Source of the DNA: a virus
Lineage: Duplodnaviria > Heunggongvirae > Uroviricota > Caudoviricetes
IMG/VR virus record: IMGVR_UViG_3300044712_002452
Location: 75,336-139,335 of that record
Reading direction: 5' to 3' (one strand)
DNA: 64,000 nucleotides
The notes below the pieces were generated by a model that saw only the letters and a list, made by a program, of their open reading frames with translations, was not told the DNA's origin and made no database searches. Numbering within the stretch: position 1 is the stretch's first letter; each line of letters starts with the position of its first letter. Positions 1-8,152 of this stretch are shown here, one piece after another. A program made the translations under genes and the position numbers.

Positions 1-199
1 ATACTACATCTATTTTCATTTGATCGATAGTATCTCGGAGAACCGTTAAGAGTTCAATAACTTCTTTTTTCGCTTCTTCGTTTTTAAGCTCAACGGCATT
101 AGTCACCAACATTTCAAGGACTTGTTTAGAACCAGGTGTCAAATGCATTGTTTCAAAACCCAAATCGATGATTTTTTGAATAAACTGTTGTTCAGTCAT
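1..199 (-). CDS. hypothetical protein, partial (N-terminal part in window, gene continues past position 1)
   Basis: Minus-strand ATG at 199..197 gives MTEQQFIQKIIDLGFETMHL..., open to the window edge. The dNMP-kinase gene stop lies 5 nt upstream. Confidence 0.4.
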   Translation of the reverse strand, partial: MTEQQFIQKIIDLGFETMHLTPGSKQVLEMLVTNAVELKNEEAKKEVIELLTVLRDTIDQMKIDVV

Positions 200-203
200 G
201 ACG

Positions 204-965
204 TTAATTTTTCATTTTTAACAGATGCCTATGAACACCGGTTACTTGTGTATAAAGGTCTTTTAAAGAACCCGTGTTATCTATGTACAAATCAAATCTC
301 AAATGATCAATAGCTGTCTCGGATTCATGCTTTTGAGCATATTGATCACCGATGTTGCGATTGACCCGAAGCGTGAAGCTATTTTTTCGCTTTTTTACCG
401 CTTCGTATTCATTGGGAAAACGTAAATCCGAAATTATCCAATTAGGAAAATCACAATTAGCGTAATCAAAGTCATTTTCCGTATAGGATACTCTTTTTGA
501 AGGATTCAGGGCTAAGTATTGAGCAAACAATACATTCACCCAGGCGTCTTGATGCAAGTGATTCCGAATGGCATCAGTGCCCAGCTTTTGCAAGAATTCC
601 CGGTAGGTCATATTGCGCTTTTTTTCAAAAATTTTACCGGGAATTACGCGAAGCTCATCTGGGATATCCCATACTTCAGGTAAACTGGCTTTTTTGAATT
701 CCTGAGATTCAAAGCAAGATTCATCCACATTGAGCATCAGGGCCGCCACTTTTTTTACACCCGCCGCAAATTTTTTGATTACGAACGGGTTTTCTAAAGT
801 GCTATACGGGTCAATTCCCGTTTCCATTCGTTGTAAAGCATCCTGGTAGTCTTCATAACTGGGTTTTAAATTCAGATCAGGATTACTCAAATTAAAAAGA
901 TATTGTAGCATAGATGCCACGGTGTCTTTTCCGGATCCCATATATCCGGATATCGCAATAATCAT
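204..965 (-). CDS. P-loop kinase, deoxynucleoside-monophosphate kinase-like
   Basis: N-terminal Walker A, IAISGYMGSGKDT, resembles the T4 gp1 dNMP kinase start. 253 aa. Adjacent to dCTP deaminase. Confidence 0.55.
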   Translation of the reverse strand: MIIAISGYMGSGKDTVASMLQYLFNLSNPDLNLKPSYEDYQDALQRMETGIDPYSTLENPFVIKKFAAGVKKVAALMLNVDESCFESQEFKKASLPEVWDIPDELRVIPGKIFEKKRNMTYREFLQKLGTDAIRNHLHQDAWVNVLFAQYLALNPSKRVSYTENDFDYANCDFPNWIISDLRFPNEYEAVKKRKNSFTLRVNRNIGDQYAQKHESETAIDHLRFDLYIDNTGSLKDLYTQVTGVHRHLLKMKN

Positions 966-969
966 AGGT

Positions 970-1530
970 TTAATTTTTGAAGTTTAGATGCATTTTACTT
1001 TCTTGAACGCCCGTTTGATTGTGGTATTTACTACCGGTTTTTTGATCGTAGCTTTCTTCAATAACGCCTTCGACCCGAGCAAATTCCAGTTGGCAGATTT
1101 TCATGTTAGGGTACACTTTAATTGGAACGGTGGCCACCAATTCAAGCACTAATGAACCGGTAAAGCCGGGGTCAATAAAACCCGCCGTAACATGCACAAA
1201 TAGACCTAATCTACCCAATGAACTTTTTCCTTCTACTTTGGCCCGTATATTACCTTTTACGCCAATTTTTTCGTTGCAGGCGTAGAGATACACGTTACCG
1301 GGCTCCAGTATATACCCTTCGTCTGGAATAACGAATTCTTTACAAATATTTGGCTTCCGTGGATCCAGATGAGGTATTTTATCATCATTTTTTTGACGCA
1401 TGTAAACTTTAAATGCGGGCGCCAGGGTTAGATCTACGCTGCAGGGATTGATGTGGTCCAGATTTAAACCGTCAATAATGATATTGCCGGCCATGATTTC
1501 TTTTTTGATAATGGAGTCTGATAATATCAT
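970..1530 (-). CDS. dcd: dCTP deaminase (Dcd/dUTPase superfamily)
   Basis: 186 aa beginning MILSD.II. The GKSSLGRLG..H...GFIDPGF pattern is typical of Dcd. Confidence 0.7.
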   Translation of the reverse strand: MILSDSIIKKEIMAGNIIIDGLNLDHINPCSVDLTLAPAFKVYMRQKNDDKIPHLDPRKPNICKEFVIPDEGYILEPGNVYLYACNEKIGVKGNIRAKVEGKSSLGRLGLFVHVTAGFIDPGFTGSLVLELVATVPIKVYPNMKICQLEFARVEGVIEESYDQKTGSKYHNQTGVQESKMHLNFKN

Positions 1531-2189
1531 GATTTTGATTCGGTTAGGTTTGCACCCAATTTGTTTAAAAATGTGATTTTCTTCATCTTGTACGCTTTTG
1601 GAGCGGTTCTTTGTGGAGTAGACCCAGTTGGATCTGTATAGAATACAGTCACCAAACCGTTGATGTCGGCAAATTTTTCTACATACAAAGATTTTCGGGT
1701 AACTACTTCTTTAACTTTGATATGCGCTTGTTTAGGATCATTCAACAGGACAACGCTGCTTAGATTATGTTCTTTGATCCAATCGATTACCGCTTCTCCG
1801 TGCCGCCCATTAATGATAGCATTGGTAGCTGTTTGTTGACTCAGCTTTTCAAAAGATATCCAAAAATTGAGATCATAAGAACCGCTTCGCAATGTTGAAC
1901 AAACCGGATTATTGGCATTTACACCATAATGATAATCCACTAAAATCATGAGTCCGCTTGGATCGCTATAGCCATTAAGAATATCAATTTTTATTTTTCC
2001 GACTCCCGGTATTTTGCTGATGGCGGTATAAGATCCATCGTGCATGTTCAAAATTTGCAAATCGCTATAAGTTTTTAATAGCTTGGTATGTTTTTCAAAA
2101 AAAGATTTATCGTTCGTAAATTCTTCAGCTTTTTTATAAGCCGATTTGAAAAGATTACGAACTTGATCTTTGGAAGAATATGTATCCAT
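1527..2189 (-). CDS. hypothetical protein in nucleotide-metabolism cluster
   Basis: 220 aa ORF translationally coupled to dcd (4-nt overlap). No recognisable motif. Confidence 0.5.
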   Translation of the reverse strand: MDTYSSKDQVRNLFKSAYKKAEEFTNDKSFFEKHTKLLKTYSDLQILNMHDGSYTAISKIPGVGKIKIDILNGYSDPSGLMILVDYHYGVNANNPVCSTLRSGSYDLNFWISFEKLSQQTATNAIINGRHGEAVIDWIKEHNLSSVVLLNDPKQAHIKVKEVVTRKSLYVEKFADINGLVTVFYTDPTGSTPQRTAPKAYKMKKITFLNKLGANLTESKS

Positions 2190-2210
2190 AGTTCATTTGA
2201 TTTTGTGAGT

Positions 2211-2426
2211 TTAACGCCAGATTTCAGTATTGTCGGATTTGGACTTTAATTTGATTAAACCTAATTGTTTCAGCTTATCAACTGTAGCTTTTTTTAGCTG
2301 AACGGGTTTGTCATAATCACTGTGTAACATATAGGATTTTTTTTCATTTTCACAGGTAATATGGATTTCGTGATCCCATAATAGTTTATCCAGTATTCGA
2401 AGCTGCTCGTTTGATAAAATAGACAT
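2211..2426 (-). CDS. hypothetical small protein
   Basis: 71 aa ORF in the same-strand gene array. Confidence 0.35.
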   Translation of the reverse strand: MSILSNEQLRILDKLLWDHEIHITCENEKKSYMLHSDYDKPVQLKKATVDKLKQLGLIKLKSKSDNTEIWR

Positions 2427-2429
2427 ATA

Positions 2430-2669
2430 CTACGTTTGTGATTTTTTAATGAGCCTTTTAACCAAGTCTTTAAAAGAGTTTCGACTTTTTCTACCGTAGC
2501 GTCTTTTATCATCACCGATTTTTTCAAGCTTAGCTTCCAAATTGTTGAAGAGTTCAATTCCGGATTGAGCTTCTTCTTTGCTATTCCATTCTAAAGCGTC
2601 GTTTAAATCAAATTTCGAGTATTCAATAGCCGCAGCTAATAAACGCGCTTCATCTTTTGTGATGTTCAT
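2430..2669 (-). CDS. hypothetical small protein
   Basis: 79 aa ORF, tightly packed. Confidence 0.4.
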   Translation of the reverse strand: MNITKDEARLLAAAIEYSKFDLNDALEWNSKEEAQSGIELFNNLEAKLEKIGDDKRRYGRKSRNSFKDLVKRLIKKSQT

Positions 2670-2679
2670 AAAATAATAT

Positions 2680-3105
2680 TTACAACGTTTTCAGTCTTTC
2701 CAATACATCTTTCCCAGTATGTCCATCAAAAGGATATTTTGCTGATTCGACTTCGGGTATTTTGAACAAATCCCAATCTTTTGCTTCGTAATGGTTAGAT
2801 ATTTGCCCTGTTGGAAGCATAGCGACAACAATAAACCACCCACCACCAAAACAAAGTTCACCGTCATGGTGTTTCCAAGACTTGTGTACATCATACATAG
2901 GTTGTTCTATGCTCCCATCAGGTTGATTGGTTCTGAATTTTGCCCACTCGTTGAATAGTGCAGCATTGTACACTTTTCTAAACTCATATAATTCGTCAAA
3001 AGTGTGATACCCGTCTGAAATTTTACCTTTCAAACCACCAACGCCTAAGCTATCGACTTCTCTTTGAACATTTGCCAAAAGTGTTTCTCTTAAATATTCA
3101 AGCAT
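2680..3105 (-). CDS. hypothetical protein
   Basis: 141 aa ORF. Confidence 0.45.
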   Translation of the reverse strand: MLEYLRETLLANVQREVDSLGVGGLKGKISDGYHTFDELYEFRKVYNAALFNEWAKFRTNQPDGSIEQPMYDVHKSWKHHDGELCFGGGWFIVVAMLPTGQISNHYEAKDWDLFKIPEVESAKYPFDGHTGKDVLERLKTL

Positions 3106-3107
3106 AT

Positions 3108-3350
3108 TTATATATTTTGCTCAGTTTTACAATACGGTATTCTTTTGAAGTTTAAATAACCTTTGGGTTTGTTCCAAATAAGCCCGATATAACCGGCGTA
3201 ATACCCCCAACAAACACCTATACCTAAAATCAAAACTTTACCAACCGCCGCTTTAACAAAAAATAGATATGGAGTAATTGCAAAATCTTCTTTATTTGTT
3301 CGGGTATCTTGAAACCCGCCAGTAAATTCAGGGGTGTACGGTTTGCTCAT
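3108..3350 (-). CDS. small membrane protein
   Basis: 80 aa with a hydrophobic helix, VLILGIGVCWGYYAGYIGLIW. Confidence 0.4.
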   Translation of the reverse strand: MSKPYTPEFTGGFQDTRTNKEDFAITPYLFFVKAAVGKVLILGIGVCWGYYAGYIGLIWNKPKGYLNFKRIPYCKTEQNI

Positions 3351-3403
3351 TTTCTTGCTTTTAATGATTTGAATTAGTTATTCAATACCCTTCCAACGTT
3401 GCT

Positions 3404-4012
3404 CTATAATAGGGTTAACAATTCGGGGTTCTCGTGAATGTTGCCGATGACTTCGGCATTTTCTTCTTTGGTCTCATTTCTATAATGCTCAAGTGTTTGC
3501 TTTAATGATTTTATGGCACCCATCAAAGAAGGTAATCTCATAGCTGCCAGTCTTCCAAGGTTAGCCAGTTCTTTATCAGTCCACTTTTTGTCAAACAATT
3601 TTTGAGGTGCGCGCTCTTGCCAAAACTTAGGTATATCCGGGTAATTCCCCGGCTTGTAGAGATACAGTCCAGCAAAAGCGGGGATCTTCTCTAGCGCTAC
3701 ATCTTTGAGGCTATCTGGCACGGCGTATGAAAAGTATTTGAGTCTGCCAAAGTATAGCTCTATGCCTGTCTTGCCGTTATAGAATACTTCGTTTATTCGT
3801 GCATGATGCTTTTTCTTAAAGTCTGCAAGCAAATCTGACCTACTTACCTTTATTTCGTAGCAATGAGCATATCCTGAATTGGTTACGGCTAGCACATCAG
3901 CCTCAAAGCTTACCAAGCCGCTTATCTCTGTTACATTTGGCACTATGATAGTAGACCTGATTTTATAGCTTCCCATGATAGCCAGCTCTATATCTAAACA
4001 ATTCACTTTCAT
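3404..4012 (-). CDS. PD-(D/E)XK nuclease-like protein
   Basis: EADVLAV...CYEIKVSRSDL matches the D...E-x-K core of the restriction-endonuclease-like fold (MmcB-like). Confidence 0.45.
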   Translation of the reverse strand: MKVNCLDIELAIMGSYKIRSTIIVPNVTEISGLVSFEADVLAVTNSGYAHCYEIKVSRSDLLADFKKKHHARINEVFYNGKTGIELYFGRLKYFSYAVPDSLKDVALEKIPAFAGLYLYKPGNYPDIPKFWQERAPQKLFDKKWTDKELANLGRLAAMRLPSLMGAIKSLKQTLEHYRNETKEENAEVIGNIHENPELLTLL

Positions 4013-4027
4013 AACTCTATTTTAGAA

Positions 4028-4453
4028 TTAACACCAATAACTGATTTTCCAATAATACCCGTTGTTTAAAGGGAAAAGTAAATACCCTGAATAATTATCT
4101 TCACAAGCCCCGGTTTTTTGCCAAACTAAACTGTGAAACTCACCATTATCATCTTGCCTCATGTAATCAATATCTTCTCCAAAAAGTACAGAATAAGAGA
4201 CATCACCTTTTATTTTGTAGAAATCGTGACTTGGATAAAAACAACTTTTATAATCTGATTTTTCAACTTGCACATAACCTTCGTGTTTCCATTCAATGCC
4301 ATCAAGTTCCATTAAATCAAAGTCGTAGTTAATATGCTTTTTTACAAATTCGATAGCTTCTTCGTTTAACTTGGCGATACGCTCATATTCGATTTTCATG
4401 GTTTGGTGAAATTCAGACAAAGCTTTTTCAACTTGTTCTTTTGTGGGTGTCAT
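4028..4453 (-). CDS. hypothetical protein
   Basis: ORF 4028..4501. The start is probably the internal Met of MTPTKEQ, which avoids a long overlap. Confidence 0.4.
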   Translation of the reverse strand: MTPTKEQVEKALSEFHQTMKIEYERIAKLNEEAIEFVKKHINYDFDLMELDGIEWKHEGYVQVEKSDYKSCFYPSHDFYKIKGDVSYSVLFGEDIDYMRQDDNGEFHSLVWQKTGACEDNYSGYLLFPLNNGYYWKISYWC

Positions 4454-4457
4454 AACT

Positions 4458-4766
4458 CTATTTTGTTTTAAACTGAGAAAAATCGAGTGTAGGGTTTGCA
4501 ATTTCTATTTCACTCTCACTTAAACGCCATTTATCTCCATTTTCATTTTGACACAAAAAACTGTTTTGTAATTCATCACAGTCAATTATTTTCACAATTT
4601 CTTCTATATCAAACCCATGTGCGCTTATACAATCTGTTACAATTACTATCATTCCGATTTCAAATTTTTTCCTTTTCTCATTCACCAATTCCAGTAGCCG
4701 ACTGAAAGATATTTGCTCACTCTCATACTCATTCAGCCATTGTCTTAGTTGTGTTGCTGTTATCAT
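4458..4766 (-). CDS. hypothetical protein (MITATQL N-terminus)
   Basis: ATG at 4766 overlaps the TGA stop of the upstream small gene (ATGA). The -1 frame stays open upstream to 4832. Confidence 0.45.
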   Translation of the reverse strand: MITATQLRQWLNEYESEQISFSRLLELVNEKRKKFEIGMIVIVTDCISAHGFDIEEIVKIIDCDELQNSFLCQNENGDKWRLSESEIEIANPTLDFSQFKTK

Positions 4767-5002
4767 TCGGATAATAGTTTGTTGTTTTGCAATATTTTTT
4801 TTCTTTCCCATCCTCCATTTGGCCTTTGACATTTACTACATTTGCATTTGCCTATAACAAATCTGCCGCATCCAATAGCGTATGTATAGCCTGCATCAAT
4901 TCTTTGTTGATACCAACCTTTATCTATCCAAGATTGCAATGTTGATGGCTTTACTATTCTTGTAGTACCTGAATAATTAACTAGTTGTGTTGCTGTTATC
5001 AT
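4746..5002 (-). repeat. 21-bp direct repeats TAGTTGTGTTGCTGTTATCAT (4746-4766 and 4982-5002) flanking the small Cys-rich gene
   Basis: Exact 21/21 match. Each copy encodes MITATQL at the start of a gene. Confidence 0.7.
4763..5002 (-). CDS. small Cys-rich zinc-ribbon-like protein, paralog A
   Basis: C-terminus WIDKGWYQQRIDAGYTYAIGCGRFVIGKCKCSKCQRPNGGWERKK. About 80% identical to the protein at 41815..42045. Start is either MITATQL (5002) or MKK (5026). Confidence 0.5.
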   Translation of the reverse strand: MITATQLVNYSGTTRIVKPSTLQSWIDKGWYQQRIDAGYTYAIGCGRFVIGKCKCSKCQRPNGGWERKKILQNNKLLSE

Positions 5003-5528
5003 TTGCTTTAGGTTTGATTTTTTCATTTACTTTTTTGATTATCGCCTCACCGAGATACTTTCGATATATCTCGGCTGTGGCTTGTCGGTTGGCATCCGCA
5101 GCCGCAGCAGCCCTCGCAGCCCACGAAGCAGCACTCGCAGCACTCGCAGTAGCCCACGAAGCAGCACTCGCAGCCCTCGCAGCCCAATCAGCAGCCGCAG
5201 TAGCCATCGTAGCCCCCCACGAAGCAGCACTCGCAGCAGCCATCGCCTCTTGCAATTCACGCTCTGTCGCTTTTCCTTCACCGTATGCTATGGCTGTATC
5301 TACGGCTTTTAGACTTCGTTCATCTTTCATTAGGTGTCTAACCGTGTTCGCAGCGTGTCCTGCGGCTAAGCATCTTAGTTGCATTGGCAGTTCTAATTTA
5401 TCTGCCAACCACCCCATCCAGTATCCTCTCTCGCACTCTTGTACTGCTTGCTCTATGGTTTTTTCGCCCACCCATTTACGGGCTTCGGAACAGGCGTTTA
5501 ATTCGGTTAGTAATTGTTGTAAATTCAT
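4977..5528 (-). CDS. hypothetical protein with Ala/Ser/Trp-rich tandem repeat
   Basis: 183 aa. Residues about 95-150 are imperfect AASAASWA repeats, encoded by 33-bp tandem DNA repeats at about 5100-5250. Confidence 0.5.
   Translation of the reverse strand: MNLQQLLTELNACSEARKWVGEKTIEQAVQECERGYWMGWLADKLELPMQLRCLAAGHAANTVRHLMKDERSLKAVDTAIAYGEGKATERELQEAMAAASAASWGATMATAAADWAARAASAASWATASAASAASWAARAAAAADANRQATAEIYRKYLGEAIIKKVNEKIKPKANDNSNTTS
5100..5250 (-). repeat. imperfect 33-bp tandem repeats (about 4 units) inside CDS 4977..5528
   Basis: Unit CACGAAGCAGCACTCGCAGC(A/C)CTCGCAG(T/C)AGCC starts at about 5122, 5155, 5185 and 5219. Confidence 0.6.
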
Positions 5529-5604
5529 TGTCCTTCTTTTTTCAGGTTAATAAATCCCTCTGTTGGGGGTTCAATCGGGTCGGGGTGGATGGAGTGTAGT
5601 TCTG

Positions 5605-6000
5605 CTAGAGCATAACTGTAATAAGATTGCCAAAACTTACCCCCCCCGAAAAACTCATAATTATTCCCGTTTGATTTTCATGAAATTTCGCCCAGTAATA
5701 CTTTCCCTCTACCCCCTCAAACGGCTTAGGTTCGGGGAGCAGGATGAGGTCGTATTCGCTTTTTATGCCTTGTTTACAATAATACCCATTATTACCTACG
5801 GGAACAGACTTGAAATTGCCTTCTTCGGTAACGTAGAAAATCACTCCCCGCTTCTCAAAATACTTCCACTCCACAGGCTTTCCCGTTCCCCTTTGCGCCA
5901 CCCTTTCAGGCTGCTTCAGTGCAATTTGAAGGTCAAAGTCAATGCACTCTTGTTGCGGTTCAATTGAGCCTAATCCTTCGTTTAGTCCTTCGTATGCCAT
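5605..6000 (-). CDS. hypothetical protein
   Basis: 131 aa ORF. Confidence 0.45.
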   Translation of the reverse strand: MAYEGLNEGLGSIEPQQECIDFDLQIALKQPERVAQRGTGKPVEWKYFEKRGVIFYVTEEGNFKSVPVGNNGYYCKQGIKSEYDLILLPEPKPFEGVEGKYYWAKFHENQTGIIMSFSGGVSFGNLITVML

Positions 6001-6011
6001 ATTATTTGTTT

Positions 6012-6320
6012 TTATAAACGGAAATATATATCTCTTAAAACTGCATCTATTTCAGAAGATTTTCCTTTTAAAGAGTTTAATAACAATTGAATATCTTCAA
6101 GCTCCTTTTTTGGGAGAAAAACAATTTCAGCTTTAAAAGTTATTATATCAGGGTGACGACTTTCATCTCGTTCAATAAAATTTTCACCAAGATCCTCAGA
6201 CAGCTTCTTGACTAGAGAATTGATTATTTCTTTTTTTATAATTTTTTCTCTATCACCTTTATGTAAATTAAGGTGCTCAAAACTTTGAGTATTTATTTGG
6301 TATTCGGCTTTTAGTCTCAT
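6012..6320 (-). CDS. hypothetical protein
   Basis: 102 aa ORF. Confidence 0.4.
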   Translation of the reverse strand: MRLKAEYQINTQSFEHLNLHKGDREKIIKKEIINSLVKKLSEDLGENFIERDESRHPDIITFKAEIVFLPKKELEDIQLLLNSLKGKSSEIDAVLRDIYFRL

Positions 6321-6388
6321 AAACTATGTTTTATAAATGTATTCTTTAAGTCTTCCTATTTCTAGGGCAACCAGTTCATGAATGGGTG

Positions 6389-6820
6389 TCATTTCGTTTT
6401 ATTTAGTTGGTTTAAAATATGATTTCTGCATATTTCTACAACACGTTTACAGTCAACTATATCAAACATGCCTATATGACAATATTTTTCATTTATACCC
6501 ATTTCTTTTGATAGCCATAAATAGGCTTTTTTACGATTGGTGACATCGGGTATATATTGAGGCCAAATACGATTAATTAATGATGTTTTGGCAATTTGGT
6601 CAAAGTAATAATGAGCTTCTTTTTTAGCTTCTCGCAGTTCTTTATTGGCCACAATTCCTAAAGCTGTATCGGTTCCTTTATGAACTCCAACGTAAGCATC
6701 ACAACTTCGGCACAAATAAATCATTCCATAGCTTTTACCGTATATGCAACTACTATCCACGTATTCTGTTGGTCGGTTGCAATAATGGCATATTTTTCCA
6801 CTGATGATATCGGAGTTCAC
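6389..6820 (-). CDS. zinc-ribbon protein
   Basis: CHYCNRP...CRSCDAY, two CxxC pairs. Confidence 0.45.
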   Translation of the reverse strand: MNSDIISGKICHYCNRPTEYVDSSCIYGKSYGMIYLCRSCDAYVGVHKGTDTALGIVANKELREAKKEAHYYFDQIAKTSLINRIWPQYIPDVTNRKKAYLWLSKEMGINEKYCHIGMFDIVDCKRVVEICRNHILNQLNKTK

Positions 6821-6845
6821 AGAATTAATTTAAAATGAGAAAAAA

Positions 6846-6866
6846 GGGGGGGAACTAAGCCCCCCG
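6846..6866 (-). terminator. rho-independent terminator
   Basis: GGGGGGGAACTAAGCCCCCC, then a T-run on the minus strand. Confidence 0.55.
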
Positions 6867-6873
6867 ATTTACT

Positions 6874-7092
6874 TTAAGCCGTTGCTGCTTTTACGGCCCA
6901 CATTGCGGCTTCTTCATAAGCTGTTTGCGCCAATGATGCTAACCGACCGTCTTTTTCCTTCAATTCTTCGCAAAGGTTGATTAGTTCAGCACTTTTTTGC
7001 TTAATCTTGTCAACAACTCCATCCGAAGAAGGATTGAAAGTTGTTCTTACTCTTTGCTCGCCGATACTGTTGGCTTTAATTTTATCGCTCAT
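6874..7092 (-). CDS. hypothetical small protein
   Basis: 72 aa ORF followed (in transcript direction) by a strong terminator hairpin at 6846-6866. Confidence 0.4.
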   Translation of the reverse strand: MSDKIKANSIGEQRVRTTFNPSSDGVVDKIKQKSAELINLCEELKEKDGRLASLAQTAYEEAAMWAVKAATA

Positions 7093-7323
7093 AACCTTTA
7101 GGGTTTTTTAAGGTCGCCCAAACCTGGATGATTAAATTCTGGAATTATCAATGTCTTTTTCTTTTTTGTATTTCTTTTTCCATTTTCTCAGATCATATAG
7201 AATAAAACCTGATAGCAAGGCTAATGTGGTGCACAAGTAAAACACAATGATTTGAGAAGATTCAGAACCAATAAAAGGTTCAGTTATCGGAGTTTCCATT
7301 TTCGTCAATTTTGAGTTTAAGGT

Positions 7324-7713
7324 TTAGGTTTTAGGTACCGTATGCTTTTTGTAAAACTCTTCCAACGTAGTAATCAATTCATCGTAGAGTCCAATTGGAC
7401 ATTGAAATACCAATTCTTGCAGCATCATTACATCACCCAAATGAGTCAAATTGCTCACTGAATCCCGAATCAGCCGGCGATCATCGCTGGTGGCCAAAAT
7501 ATCCAAAACTTGTTCAACGGCTAAATTGGTTTTATGAGCCGCTTGATTGATTTTAGATTTATCAGTACCCGTAATATTGTGCAATACCGGAGTCCATTCA
7601 AGTCGGATCTGAATTGATTTAATAGTCAAAAGCAAGTAAGTAATTAACTGCGCCAGGTTGTCTTCAGTTTTAACCGAAGATGTGTACAATTCCATTTTGC
7701 TATTTGTGTTCAT
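7324..7713 (-). CDS. hypothetical protein
   Basis: 129 aa ORF. Confidence 0.4.
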   Translation of the reverse strand: MNTNSKMELYTSSVKTEDNLAQLITYLLLTIKSIQIRLEWTPVLHNITGTDKSKINQAAHKTNLAVEQVLDILATSDDRRLIRDSVSNLTHLGDVMMLQELVFQCPIGLYDELITTLEEFYKKHTVPKT

Positions 7714-7728
7714 TGGACAAAGGATGAA

Positions 7729-8142
7729 TTAATAAATGCCGATTTGATGACCCAGCTTTAACAGCAAATTGATTTGCTTGACAATTTGTTTGGGATGTTT
7801 TAACTGAGTACGAACGATTTCATGAATGATGAATAGAATTCGGTTTATCACCGTTTCATTGACATGAAAATCCGGATTTGGGTGATACAGCGTTGTAGAA
7901 TCCCAGCGTATGTCATGATAATAATACAGTACGTCAATAAGCAAACAAATAGTCCAGTTGATTTCTGTTTCTATTGCTGATTTAGGATCTAAAAATCTTA
8001 ATCCGCCAATTTGAATGATTGCTTTAAGGCTCAATTCTTCAAGCTTATACGGACCGATATTTTGTAAAAGATTTTCGGGTTTTAATCCGAGTGCGTATTC
8101 ATCATAGATCCGCAAATGTTTGGCATTTGAGATTGTTTCCAT
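7729..8142 (-). CDS. hypothetical protein
   Basis: 137 aa ORF. Confidence 0.4.
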   Translation of the reverse strand: METISNAKHLRIYDEYALGLKPENLLQNIGPYKLEELSLKAIIQIGGLRFLDPKSAIETEINWTICLLIDVLYYYHDIRWDSTTLYHPNPDFHVNETVINRILFIIHEIVRTQLKHPKQIVKQINLLLKLGHQIGIY

Positions 8143-8152
8143 AAGTTTTGTT

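Noticed and set aside
5039-5312. ORFs 5039..5281(-) and 5082..5312(+) with RSS/LLR-rich translations
   Set aside because: Alternative-frame readings of the 33-bp tandem repeat inside gene 4977..5528. Their low-complexity periodic sequence is a repeat artefact.
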